Shown in pieces: positions 1 through 15,379 of a stretch of 64,000 nt of DNA (the stretch's first letter is position 1; the number at the start of each line of letters is the position of its first letter). A program made the position numbers and the translations under genes. Source of the stretch: Eledone cirrhosa. Taxonomy: Eukaryota. The notes below the pieces were generated by a model that was given only the letters and a program-made list of their open reading frames with translations, was not told where the DNA came from and did no database searches. The DNA lies in the NCBI GenBank assembly GCA_964016885.1, contig OZ024744.1, positions 96,162,001 to 96,226,000 on the forward strand, written 5' to 3'.

Positions 1-1036
<1,036 letters not shown>

Positions 1037-2066
1037 ATGAAAGTAAAGCAAAGAAGCCTTCAATACATCAAAAGTCTTTATTAGCCAACAATGTTTCGTC
1101 CTATTAAGGACTCATCAGGGCAATTAAAACAACAAGAAGTATTATCGGCCAATACAAGCCGGAAACTCCGAAGAATATGGAGTGTACATACACTAAAGTA
1201 TTGCAAGATTATGGGTAAAAATATATAATAAAAATATATAATAAAAATTACTAAGGAGGTGTATAACATTAAGAACCATATTACAAATATAGTCCAAAGC
1301 AAAAAAACCCTAGAGCTAAACAAAGGTGGTTATATAGAGCAGGAATTATATATAATACAATGTAATATAATATAATATACCTTTACCAATATTAAAATTA
1401 CAATAAAAATCAAAAGGTACAATATACATATGTATATATGTACGCACACGTACGCACACATACACATACATCAATACACATATCCATCTTCAACTGCACA
1501 AATTAAACCTTATTAAGAGTTTAAATATAAATAAGCATGATAGGAATAAAAAAAAAAAAAATAATAATAATACATATACCCAATATACATGAGGTAATAA
1601 TATGATATTATTATAAGTAGCACATATAATATATAATAAACTATACAATTATATACTATATAATATAATATAATAGAATAGATAATCTCCGGTTAATTTA
1701 CACAAACAATATAGATGTCACAATAATACTATAATAATAATATACTAACATTTATAATATACAATATATAATGGCATTCAAGTTAACAAATCAATTCATA
1801 TAGAGTTACAGAGTAGGTGAGGAAAAATAAATTGTACAATACCCCAAAATTATGATGGTACAAAAATATAAACATCTTACATGATATATAAAGTTTAACA
1901 TATCATAATGTTACATATAATTAACGCTAAGTAATAAGGATCGATATTGCAATAACAAATACAATATAATATAATATAAAATAATTAACATAATATAATA
2001 TATAATTACTTATAATTACAAGGTTGGTAAACAGACATGTATGTGGATGAGTGAGTAAGGGCCAGA
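1037..2066 (-). mobile_element. Penelope-like element 3'/pLTR fragment
   Basis: 1040-1580 is homologous (inverted) to 20600-21120, carries a hammerhead motif, and is bounded by (TA)n on both sides. Confidence 0.65.
1080..1124 (-). ncRNA. Minimal type I hammerhead ribozyme
   Basis: Minus strand reads AUUGCC-CUGAUGA-GUCCU UAAU AGGAC-GAAAC AUU GUU-GGCUAAU. Confidence 0.8.
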
Positions 2067-2239
<173 letters not shown>

Positions 2240-2855
2240 GCTTTAAAGATAAAAATGTTTTTAAATGATAAATATGCTTTAAAGAGAAAAATGTTTTTAA
2301 ATGTTGTAACAAAATATTTAATGAATATATTACTTAATTAATCTATGTATCTGATGGCTATAGAAAATATTTTTATATTGTTTAATTTTGATATAATATA
2401 TAAGTATAATTAGCTTAAACATAACCAAATAAAAAAGATATTAAAAATTTCATGTTATTTAATTGGTTGCCTCAATTTGACTTAATATTTGAAAACAACA
2501 GTCTTTATCCCTATCCACCTCATTTCTTTCTTTCTTTTTTTGTCGTTATTACTTCTTTCTTTTTCTCTCGTCTCTCTCTTCCTTTTTCCTTTTATACATT
2601 TATTGCCTAATACTTCTATTTACTAATTTAAATATTTATGTATGTAGGTGTTTATTTATTTTTTTCTTGCATTTCCTCATATTAACCCCCTCCATTTACC
2701 CATATCTCGCTCCACATCCTCTTCTTCTTTAAATTTAAGTTTATCATGTTATTATTTGTGGGATATAAATGTTGTGATTTGTTGTAATAAATCACTGCCA
2801 ATACTGGAATTGAACCATCAAGACCATTGAGGTATGTCATACATCAATCCATGTA

Positions 2856-2916
2856 TTTTATCTGACGAGGACGTACTAATAAACAGCACAGTACCTTCTA
2901 AATATATATAATAAAA
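2856..2916 (+). ncRNA. Hammerhead-like motif in 5' pLTR (GAAA replaced by UAAA)
   Basis: UUUUAU-CUGACGA-GGACGUACU..AGUACCUUC-UAAA-UAUAUAUA-AUAAAA; helices I and II pair. Confidence 0.6.
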
Positions 2917-3108
2917 CATATTTTGATTATGTGAATGTGTTCATTTATTATTATTCTGAATAATAATAACACCAGAAAACTTCCATGTAGAGTGCTTTTA
3001 ATCTATTGTAAAACTATATTAATTGAGTAATCAATGAACCATATTAATCTTTGGTCATATTTATCTCCCAGAAGGTAGAGCACTTCTGCAATAGATTATT
3101 ATTAATAA

Positions 3109-5542
3109 ATGATGGAATTCTTTAGGGTTTCTATATCTCTCAAAGATATACATTTACCATCTAACGAAGAATACATGAGAAAACTTATTGGACAAACCAA
3201 CTCCTTCATAAGAAGAGTGCGGTGGCGTGCTTTTCTTTTTAAAAAGAAAAATGAAACAAATAGGAAAAACACCAACCTTAATTTCGAGAATATTTTTGAA
3301 TCTAGGAAAAAACCTCCTTACAACAAACTCTTGGCAAATTTTGAAAACGAAATTTTTAATATATTAAGGAATATAAAACAAAAAAAACCATATAGAGGCC
3401 AAGAATACCTTAGAGGTCTAAGAGAAATTAATAACATAAAAATTAATAACATAAAAAAAGTAAATAAAATATTAGTGAAATCAGACAAAGCCAACAACCT
3501 ATATAGGATTGAAAAAACAAAATATAATGACTTAATTTTAAAAGAATTGAGAACAGATTACAGAAAGGCCCCGAGTGAGGATTTATTGGATATTAATAAT
3601 GATGCATTTGAAATTATCATCAATCTTCGATTAGAACGGAAGACCGAACCTTTCATACTAAGGCAACCGCGGATAAATTTTAAAGACCACAAAAGAAATT
3701 TTGAAGAAGACTTACCTGTTAGACTTATTGCACCTTTGAAATCAGATCTTGGAATAATTAGTAAAATAAGAAAAAGCATAAATTCATTCAAATGGACATA
3801 GCGAGTTATTATTCCTCAATAACTCCTAACTTACTAAATAAGGCGCTTTCATATGCATATAAACACACGGATCTATCTAGTGACGAGATAAATATCATTT
3901 TAACGGCAAGGCGAACCTTGATTGATTTTCATAATGATTTTTGGACTAGATCTGATAAGCAGAAGAACTTTGACATTACTATGGGCTCGTCCAATTCGGC
4001 GCAAGTTACGGATCTTGTGGGAATTTTCATCCTTAATATGATAAATAGAAAACTGCCGAAGATTACCGGTGGTTTATATAGAGACGACATATTATTTACT
4101 GTAGATAGACATAATAATAGCGAATTAAATAGAGTAAAGAAAGTAATTATAGAATTCTTTAAAAATTATGAGCCGAAATTAGAAGTAGAAAATAACAATA
4201 AAATAGTTAATCTTTTAGATGTAACTCTTAATTTGAACTCAGGCCTCTATTGCCCCTTCCATAAACTCAATGAAAACTTAAATTATGTTAGTTTTTACTC
4301 TAATCATCCTAAAAGTGTTAAAAATGCAATAGTCAACAGTGTCCAACAACGAATATCCAGACTATCTGCTAATAGATCCATATTTAATAGTAAAGCAGTA
4401 TATTATAATGAAGCGTTATATAAAGCAGGATATAAAAATAATATTGAGTATGTAGAAAAAAATAATATTAATTATAATCGCAGTATTCATAATAACAATA
4501 ATGTAATTGACTGTAAAAACAACAATTTGAGGAATAAATTGTGGAAAAAAATAAGGACTAGATCTATAATTTGGTATGCTCCGCCAGCATCTTTAGCTAT
4601 TAAAACACCTTTATCACATTTATTTTTTAAAGCCTTGGATAAATGTTTCCCTAGATCACATAAGTGATAGACACACAGTTAATAGACACACAGTTAAACT
4701 CTCTTATTCAACAACTATGAACATTGCTCAAAATATAGCAAAAATAAATAGTAAAAATCTTAATTTGAACCAGCATATAATTAGCGATAATAACAATAAT
4801 AATAATAATGCATTAATTAATTGGAATAACAATAATTGTTTCTACTTTAGGCACAAGGCCAGCAGTTACCCAGTACATTACTGGTACTTTATTTTATCGA
4901 CCCCGTAAGGATGAAAGGCAAAGTTAACCTCGGCGGGATTTGAACTCAGACTGTAAAGGGACGTAACTATGCTAGAAAGCATGGCGTCCAACCCTCTACC
5001 GATACTCTCAATTGGAATAACAAGAATAATAGTTCAAATACTAATAATAGTAGAACACCTCTAAATAATAATAATAATAATACGAATAGTTTAGGTTATA
5101 GAAATAACATCGAAATGAATTGTAACTGTAGAAGGAAATCTGAATGCCCTTTACAAAATAACTGCCTTGGCAAGAATCTAGTGTGTAAATGTACCATTAA
5201 GACTAATAATAATAATACATATGACTACATTGGTGCCACTTCATCTAAGTTTAAGTTTCGCTTTTACAATTATAAACATTCTTTTTCTAATCCAGATAAA
5301 AAATTTTCTACATCACTCACACAATTGAGGAAAAAAAATTCAAATACTCAATTTCTTGGAGTAAGTTAAAGAATTCTGATTCCTACCGAAATGCATCCAT
5401 TTAACCAAATTGCAATCTTTGCAATTTAGAGACTCTATTGATAATTACAAATTATGGTAATTTAATTAATAAGAAAAACGAGTTATTTAGCAGCTGTCAA
5501 CATAAGTCTAGAAGAACCTTTCAAGCATTATACAAATTTTGA
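3109..5542 (+). pseudogene. Penelope-like RT / GIY-YIG endonuclease polyprotein, frameshifted and SINE-interrupted
   Basis: RT motifs DIASYYSSI, ITMGS and GLYRDD (3792-4667). Linker CNCRRKSECPLQNNCL, then YIGAT..FKFRF, CNLC and CQH (5115-5542). Confidence 0.9.
4833..5009 (-). mobile_element. tRNA-derived SINE (octopus OK-like) with 14-bp TSD
   Basis: Box B GAGTTCAAATCCC on the minus strand; TSD AATTGGAATAACAA at 4819-4832 and 5010-5023. Confidence 0.85.
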
Positions 5543-6710
5543 AAAAATATTGACTATTAATAATTCTTAAAAAATTATATATATAACGTTTTGCCTTACC
5601 GGTAAAAATCGTTTTTATCTAGTAAATTAATCTCATGATGAGTCTCAGTATCCTATGTTTGGATTTAGAAAGGTCATTGTTTAACTAGAAATTTCTTGAT
5701 TTGTTGTTTGAAATATCTTTTGGTTTTCAAAATACTTAAATGTTTTAAATATTCACATATGATGAACGAGTTACCTTTCTTTGTTTACATTCTTCGTAAA
5801 TAATTTTGTTCTGTCAGAATAGCTTGCTAAAGTATATTTAACATGAGTTATACAGTTTAATAATATATGGTAATCCTTAAGGGAAACTATATATAATAAT
5901 AAGTGATTATGGACGTAAATTAGAAATAATAAAACTTTTGAGAATAAATATAACTACAAATTAATCCTGTAATGAAATGACAATCAATGAATTGAAATGG
6001 TTTTATAAAGAAAATAAAATATTTCAGATAACAAATGATCTTAATATAATATAAAATATATATACTGATGGTGATATATGCATGTGTTTTAATAAATATC
6101 TTTATACATATTTAATAATTATTTAAATATGCCTTAAAGATAAAAATGTTTTTAAATGTTGTAACAAAATATTTAATGAATATATTACTTAATTAATCTA
6201 TGTATCTGATGGCTATAGAAAATATTTTTATATTGTTTAATTTTGATATAATATATAAGTATAATTAGCTTAAACATAACCAAATAAAAAAAGATATTAA
6301 AAATTTCCTGTTATTTAATTGGTTGCCTCAATTTGACTTAATATGTGAAAATAACGGTCTTTATACCTATCCACCTTCTTTCTTTCTTTCTTTCTTGTCG
6401 TTATTTCTTTTTTCTTCTTCTCTCGTCTCTCTCTCTCTTCCTTTTTCCTTTTATACATTTATTCCCTAATACTTCTATTTACCCACTTAAATATTTATGT
6501 ATGTGTTTATTTATTTTTTTCTTGCATTTCCTCATATTAACCCCCTCCATTTACCCATATCTCGCTCCACATCCTCTTCTTCTTTAAATTTAAGTTTATC
6601 ATGTTATTATTTGTGGTATATAAATGTTGAGATTTGTTGTAATAAATCACTGCCAATACTGGAATTGAACCATCAAGACCATTGAGGTATGTCATACATC
6701 AATCCATGTA

Positions 6711-6771
6711 TTTTATCTGACGAGGACGTACTAATAAACAGCACAGTACCTTCTAAATATATATAATAAAA
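6711..6771 (+). ncRNA. Hammerhead-like motif in 3' pLTR (same UAAA variant)
   Basis: Same sequence as 2856-2916. Confidence 0.6.
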
Positions 6772-6812
6772 CATATTTTGATTATGTGAATGTGTTCATT
6801 TATTATTATTCT

Positions 6813-7186
<374 letters not shown>

Positions 7187-7238
7187 CAGAATAATAATAA
7201 ATGAAGACATTCACATAATCAAAATATATGTTTTATTA

Positions 7239-8086
7239 CGTTTCAAGTAAAGGTGGTCTATGTCACTGTTGATGTGGAAGTTTCCGGTGTTGTTCAGTAT
7301 TTTTCGAGTTCCAACATCAACTGCTCGGATTTCGTCTATCGTCTATCGTCCAATTGAGTATTCCAAACGTTGGTGTTAAGACAGGCACAGCAAACACATT
7401 GTGAGCCACTGTTTTGTTTTGTGCAGAGAGTTCCGATGACCAAATCTTTCTTAATCGGGTGTATTATTCCTGGTAACGCGTTCTTTATTACAGATACCAT
7501 TATAGGATATGTTCTCATCTATCCCCAGGTATCTGTAGCAGCCCTCATCAGATATCGGTGAAATAGTTAGGCCATTGATGACATTGTTGCTAGATTGGGT
7601 TGTTGTTTTTCCCCGCTTTACAGTCATGTATGAGCATTTATCTTGGCCAAACTCCATTCCTATATCCTTTGAGAACGTTGTAACCAGGTCAAGATTTTTC
7701 TTCATCCCATCCATGTTCTTGGCATAGAGTTTCAGATCGTCCACAAAGAAATTATGGGTTAGGTGCGTATTTCTGTCCTCCTGTGAGCCAATGATGTATC
7801 CCTCACATTTCTTGAGCAGAAAGGACAAGGGGTTTAAAGACAAGATGAACAATATCACAGAGAGACTGTCCCCCTGAAATATACCCCTGCAATATTCTAT
7901 TTCATGAGTGAAAATAGAGTCCTCCCTCTCTGTCTTTAACCTTAGGATAGTAGCCCAAGAAGAAGTCAGCCTCCCCGTGGCTCTGACAATGATGTCTGGG
8001 ACTTTATTATGTTGGAACGCCTCTATCATCCAAGAGTGGGGAACAGAATTGAAAGCGTTCTTGTAGTCCAGCCAGACTGTAGCCAT
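7239..8086 (-). mobile_element. R4/Dong-like RLE LINE RT fragment ((CATA)n-associated family 1)
   Basis: WLDYKNAFNSVPH, GIFQGDSLS, FFVDDLKLY, YRYLG; closely matches 62808-63645. Its truncated 5' end abuts (CATA)n. Confidence 0.9.
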
Positions 8087-8189
8087 AAGTATGTATGTAT
8101 GTATGTATGTATGTATGTATGTATGTATGTATGTATGTATGTATGTATGTATGTATGTATGTATGTATGTATGTATGTATGTATGTATG

Positions 8190-8797
8190 GTCAGGTCACC
8201 AGTTGGTGCTACTGGTAACATGTATCCCAGTACAACCTGTTCCATGCTCGGGTCGTTGGCGACTAAACTGGCAACCCCACCAAGGTTTCTTGGTGAGGAG
8301 GGTGACTTTAGACATCCTGCAGGACTAAAAACAAAACCTGTCAAAGAGCAAAGGAGCTCTTAAGAGTCAATGGCCATCCAAAATCACCGGGAGAGATGAC
8401 CCCTTAGCCTTTGTTAAGGCAGAATTCTAGGAGAAGGAAAACTCTGATGTAACACCTGCAACCCTGATGGTATCCAATGATGTTGACTTGTTCTTCTTTT
8501 TGGTAAATATCATCTTGGTTAAGAGAGTGGGACTGGCTTTGTGCAGTGCCTTTGCTCACTATAAAAGCTTCACGGCACAGGCATTGCTATATATCTGGAG
8601 ATCTCTCTGCATTTGTCGTCACATTGTACTATGGGCCCAGCACTATGTGTCAATAATTGTCACAAGTGTAGTGTTTGTACCAGAGTTTTCAAGTCACTGG
8701 CTGGACTAAAAAGTCACACTCGTTCAGCGCATCGGTAGGGGTTCTCCTACATGGATATAAAGTAGTGGCCGTACTCGAAAACGAGTTGGCAGCCACC
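8190..8797 (+). mobile_element. ~610-bp non-autonomous RTE-related element (family A)
   Basis: Four near-identical copies in the window. The 3' end matches the RTE 3' end at 19138-19175; flanked by (ATGT)n. Confidence 0.8.
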
Positions 8798-8892
8798 ATG
8801 TATGTATGTATGTATGTATGTATGTATGTATGTATGTATGTATGTATGTATGTATGTATGTATGTATGTATGTATGTATGTATGTATGTATG

Positions 8893-9430
8893 GTCGCGTC
8901 GTCGGCGACTAAACCGGCAACCCCACCAAGTTTACTTGGTGAGGAGGGTGATTTTGGATACCCTGCAGGACAAAAAACAAAACCTGACAAAGGGCGGAAG
9001 AACTCATAAGAGTCAACGGTCATCCAAAAATGTGTAAATATGTATATACACATGTACATATGTATGTATATGCGCGGGGACATAGAAATAGTCGGGCCGG
9101 ACACCCGATCGCGCGGTTAAACCACTGGGAGTGAAGGACCCCTAGCCTTTGTCAGGGCATTCTTCTAGGAGAGGCAACTCAGGAAACTGGGATAATTCCG
9201 ATATAAAACCTGCGGCTCAGTAGTTATCGATGATCTTGATCTTATTTTTTTCGGATTATGGCTACTGTCGCTCAGAGAGTGGGATTGGCTCAGTGCATAG
9301 TCTTTCCTCACGTTAAAAAATATCTTCACGCACAGGCATTGCACGATAGAATTAATTAATAATTATTAATAATGGTATATCGTGCAATGGCCATACTCGA
9401 TAACGAGAGGGCAACCATCATCATCATGTA
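8893..9430 (+). mobile_element. Related non-autonomous RTE-derived element (family B)
   Basis: Colinear with family A, with an extra GC-rich segment at 9073-9120. Ends ATGGCCATACTCGATAACGAGAGGGCAACCATC..ATGTATG. Confidence 0.7.
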
Positions 9431-9431
9431 T

Positions 9432-9898
9432 GTTTATCCCTTTCTCTTAATTTCGTGTATATTTTTGACCGGCCACCTTCCTGGTGGCAAGGTTGTAAAA
9501 GAAAAGAAATTTTCATCCCTTGAATCGCAAGAATGTTTTGCAAATTTTGAAGGTGCCAGCTATCGCAGCCATTTGTAGATTATGAATTAGGGAGCTGCGC
9601 TTTTTGTCCGCAAATCCAAGTTCAGTTATACATTGGTCCAAGCGGGTTGGTATATAACCCGTAGCTCCAATAATGATGGGTATGAAGCTAAAGGTGTATC
9701 TTGGATATTTCTCTGACAACGTTGACATCAAGTGGGCAGCTGATCTCCACAACAGAACACGTTTTCAATGTGTGGTCCCAAACTACACTATCAGGCCGGT
9801 TGTGCTTTAATTTGGTGGCAGTTTTTAATTTCAGATACCACCAGTATTCTTTAGTGCCATCTGTCTCAGTATATTCTTCCTCGTTTGTTGTTAATTTT
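9432..9898 (-). mobile_element. 5'-truncated RLE LINE 3' end ((CATA)n-associated family 2)
   Basis: KHNRPDSVVWD endonuclease motif and IPIIIGATG...GTFKICKTF stop; ATGT repeats at both ends. Confidence 0.8.
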
Positions 9899-10194
9899 GT
9901 ATGTATGTATGTATGTATGTATGTATGTATGTATGTATGTATGTATGTATGTATGTATGTATGTATGTATGTATGTATGAGGGAGCTTATAGATAGGACA
10001 ACACATGCTGTCTTTTCGTGGGGTAAGTTTTTAATTAATTTTTGTATTCTGAAACATCAAAATACAACAAATTGTTGGTCACTGGACTCGGGAATGTCAC
10101 GACAGAAGTTTGTGGAAGTTACACAAATATTTTAGTATATTTTAGCAGAGCAATCCTTATTTATATTTTACATTTTACATTTACTTACATCTCA

Positions 10195-10370
10195 ATATAA
10201 CATGGCTAAAATTCAAATTTTGCAAAGAGAAGAAAACGGTCAAATGAACTAGATACATCTCACTGTCCCCACCACCACAATAACGTCTACACTCTCTCCC
10301 CACCATCACATGTCATTACCCTATCTAGATTAAAGTCATCGACCTGTTGTCAAACTCACTACTCTCTGTT
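10195..10370. repeat. Unclassified dispersed repeat
   Basis: Similar to 20230-20398; both lie downstream of an (ATGT)n tract. Confidence 0.5.
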
Positions 10371-10710
10371 GAATGTGTATATATATATATATATGTATGT
10401 ATATGTGTGTATATACATCACTCAGTCAAACGACCAGATTTCAACCCGAACATCTACAACAACAACACCGGCACTAATGTTTACAGCAACAACAGCTTCA
10501 GAATGAACTGAAATGAACATTTACAACAACAACAACAGCGGCATCAAAAGATAAAAAAAAAAGAAAAAGAAGGGAAAAAACAAAACAAAAAAACTCAAAA
10601 TGACAAAACACACACACGCACACAACACAACAACAACATCAACTGCCACCACCACCACCACCACCGCCGCCATCACCATCACCAGCGACTGGGCCTTAAG
10701 AAAACAACTT

Positions 10711-10870
10711 TAATAATAATTTTTCTGCTTTTGGCACGGATCCAGCGACTGGTCCAGCGCATCACTGGTACTCTCGTTTGTTGACTCCGTGGGGACGAAA
10801 GGCAAGGTTGACCTCGGCGGGCTTTGAGCTCAGAGCGTGGAGGGCCGTGACTCTATGCTGTAAAGCAATT
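10711..10870 (-). mobile_element. tRNA-derived SINE, diverged
   Basis: Matches the SINE core (GGCAAGGTTGACCTCGGCGGG..TGAGCTCAG). Confidence 0.75.
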
Positions 10871-11136
10871 ATAGTAATACTGGACTGTAATACGATCGGC
10901 TTCAACTATACAAACTCTTGAAAGTCAACAGTTGACATAATCTGGTAATCTTGTATCAGTAATGACGGTAATATATATATATATATATGGGTGTGTGTGC
11001 GTGTAAGTGAGTAGAGTAGCGTGTGTGTGTGTTTGTTTGTATGTATGAGTGTTGCTGTGTGCGCGCATATGTATGCGCGTGTGTGTATGTCGTACGTATA
11101 AGTGTCAATAAGTGATTTTTTTTTTTTTTTTTTTGG

Positions 11137-11405
11137 CGCGGGGACATAGACATAATCGGGCTGGATGCCCGATCGCGCAGTTAAACCACTGGGAGTGAAG
11201 AACCCCTAGCCCTTGTCAGGGCATTCTTCTAGGAGAAGGCATCTCAGGAAACTGGGTTAACTCCGACATAAAACGGCTCAGTAGTTACCGATGATGTTGA
11301 TCTTTTCTTCTTTTCGGGTTATAGCTACTGTCGCTCAGAGAGTGGGATTGGCTCAGTGCACAGTCTTTCCTCACTTTGAAAATATTCGTCACGCACAGGC
11401 ATTCC
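11137..11405 (+). mobile_element. RTE-derived family B fragment
   Basis: Matches 9073-9345. Confidence 0.7.
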
Positions 11406-11439
11406 ATGAATGCATTAATAATTATTAATAGTGTACTAT

Positions 11440-12566
11440 TATTATTATTATTATCGTCATTGTTATTCCTTGAATCTCAGTCATTGATGTTGGTTAACTG
11501 GAAAGTCCGTTGGATTGAATATCAAGCCACTACCTGCAGCCTCAGATATTCAGGACGTATCGGAGGGTTCTTGCTGTTCCAAGCAAGCATGCCTTTTGAA
11601 GCGTTCCAAAAAGCGTGAAGGGGCCGATTTTCTTTAACCATCCCTGGAAACTTTTGGAGATAGTCCCCAGTGCGCCTATGACAATCGGGATCACTTTGAC
11701 TTCATGGCAGTTCCAAATCCTTTTCACCTCCCACTTTAGGTCCTGGTATCGGTTAATTTTCTCCCTCTCCTTCTCTTGCACTCTCGTGTCGAACGGGCAG
11801 GCCACATCCACAATCAGGCACGATCTTTTTTCTTTGTCCACAACCACCAGGTCAGGTCTATTGTGTTCCAGTTTTTTGTCCGTCTGTATCCTAAAATCCC
11901 ACAGCACCTTCACCTGATTGTTCTCCATCACCGCCTCTGGCCTATGCTCATACCATTTCTCAGAATGTGGTAGATTGTTTACTTTGCACAGGTGCCAGTG
12001 GATCACCCTGCCCATCACATCGTGTCTCCAGCCCTTATAGTGGGTCTGGGCTAGGTGTTTACACTCGGACACAATGTGAGCCACAGTCTCCTCTCTCTCT
12101 CCACAGATCCTGCACAGTGGGCTAGCCTCCTCCTTGTAGATATGGTGCTTCAACCACTTCGTTTTGAGGGCCTGCTCCTGCGCAGCCATTAGCATTCCTT
12201 CTGTAGCCTTTTTGAGGTCTCCTCTTCTCAACCAGTTCCATGTCTGTGGATCTCTAAATTCAGTTTTCTCAAAGAAGGTACTATGAAGGGATTTTCCCTT
12301 AAGGCTGCTCTTCCTCCTTGATGTTATTTCCTCCCTGGACATCCCCTGGCCTACTGTCCCCTCCTTCAGTACAGTTCTGAGCATTGGCTCCTTACTATAG
12401 GTCAGGTATTTGTATAGGTTGTTTTTCTCCATCTGAACACAGTCCTCTATGCTGATAAGACCTCTTCCACCCTCAGATCTCCTTAGGTAGAGTCTATCGA
12501 CATCACTCCTCTTGTGGAACATGTTGTAGATAGTCAATAGCTTCCTAGTCTTCCTATCCATTTCTT
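11440..12566 (-). mobile_element. 5'-truncated Dong/R4-like LINE (CCHC + RLE), (TAA)n-flanked
   Basis: ORF 11542-12585 has CRICGEREETVAHIVSEC, RHD and HNRPDLVVVD..DVACP; (TAA)n at both ends; same family as 54630-59340. Confidence 0.92.
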
Positions 12567-12580
12567 TTATTATTATTATT

Positions 12581-15356
<2,776 letters not shown>

Positions 15357-15379
15357 CTTTTTTTTTTTTTTTTTTTTTT

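Noticed and set aside
4665-4667. TGA as a selenocysteine codon in the Penelope ORF
   Set aside because: It is followed by TAG, lies at a local duplication/deletion and is not at a cysteine position.
5630-6110. Additional hammerhead-like words in the Penelope 3' region (ATGATGAG, ATGATGAA, CTGATGG)
   Set aside because: Cores are mutated and helices cannot be paired convincingly.
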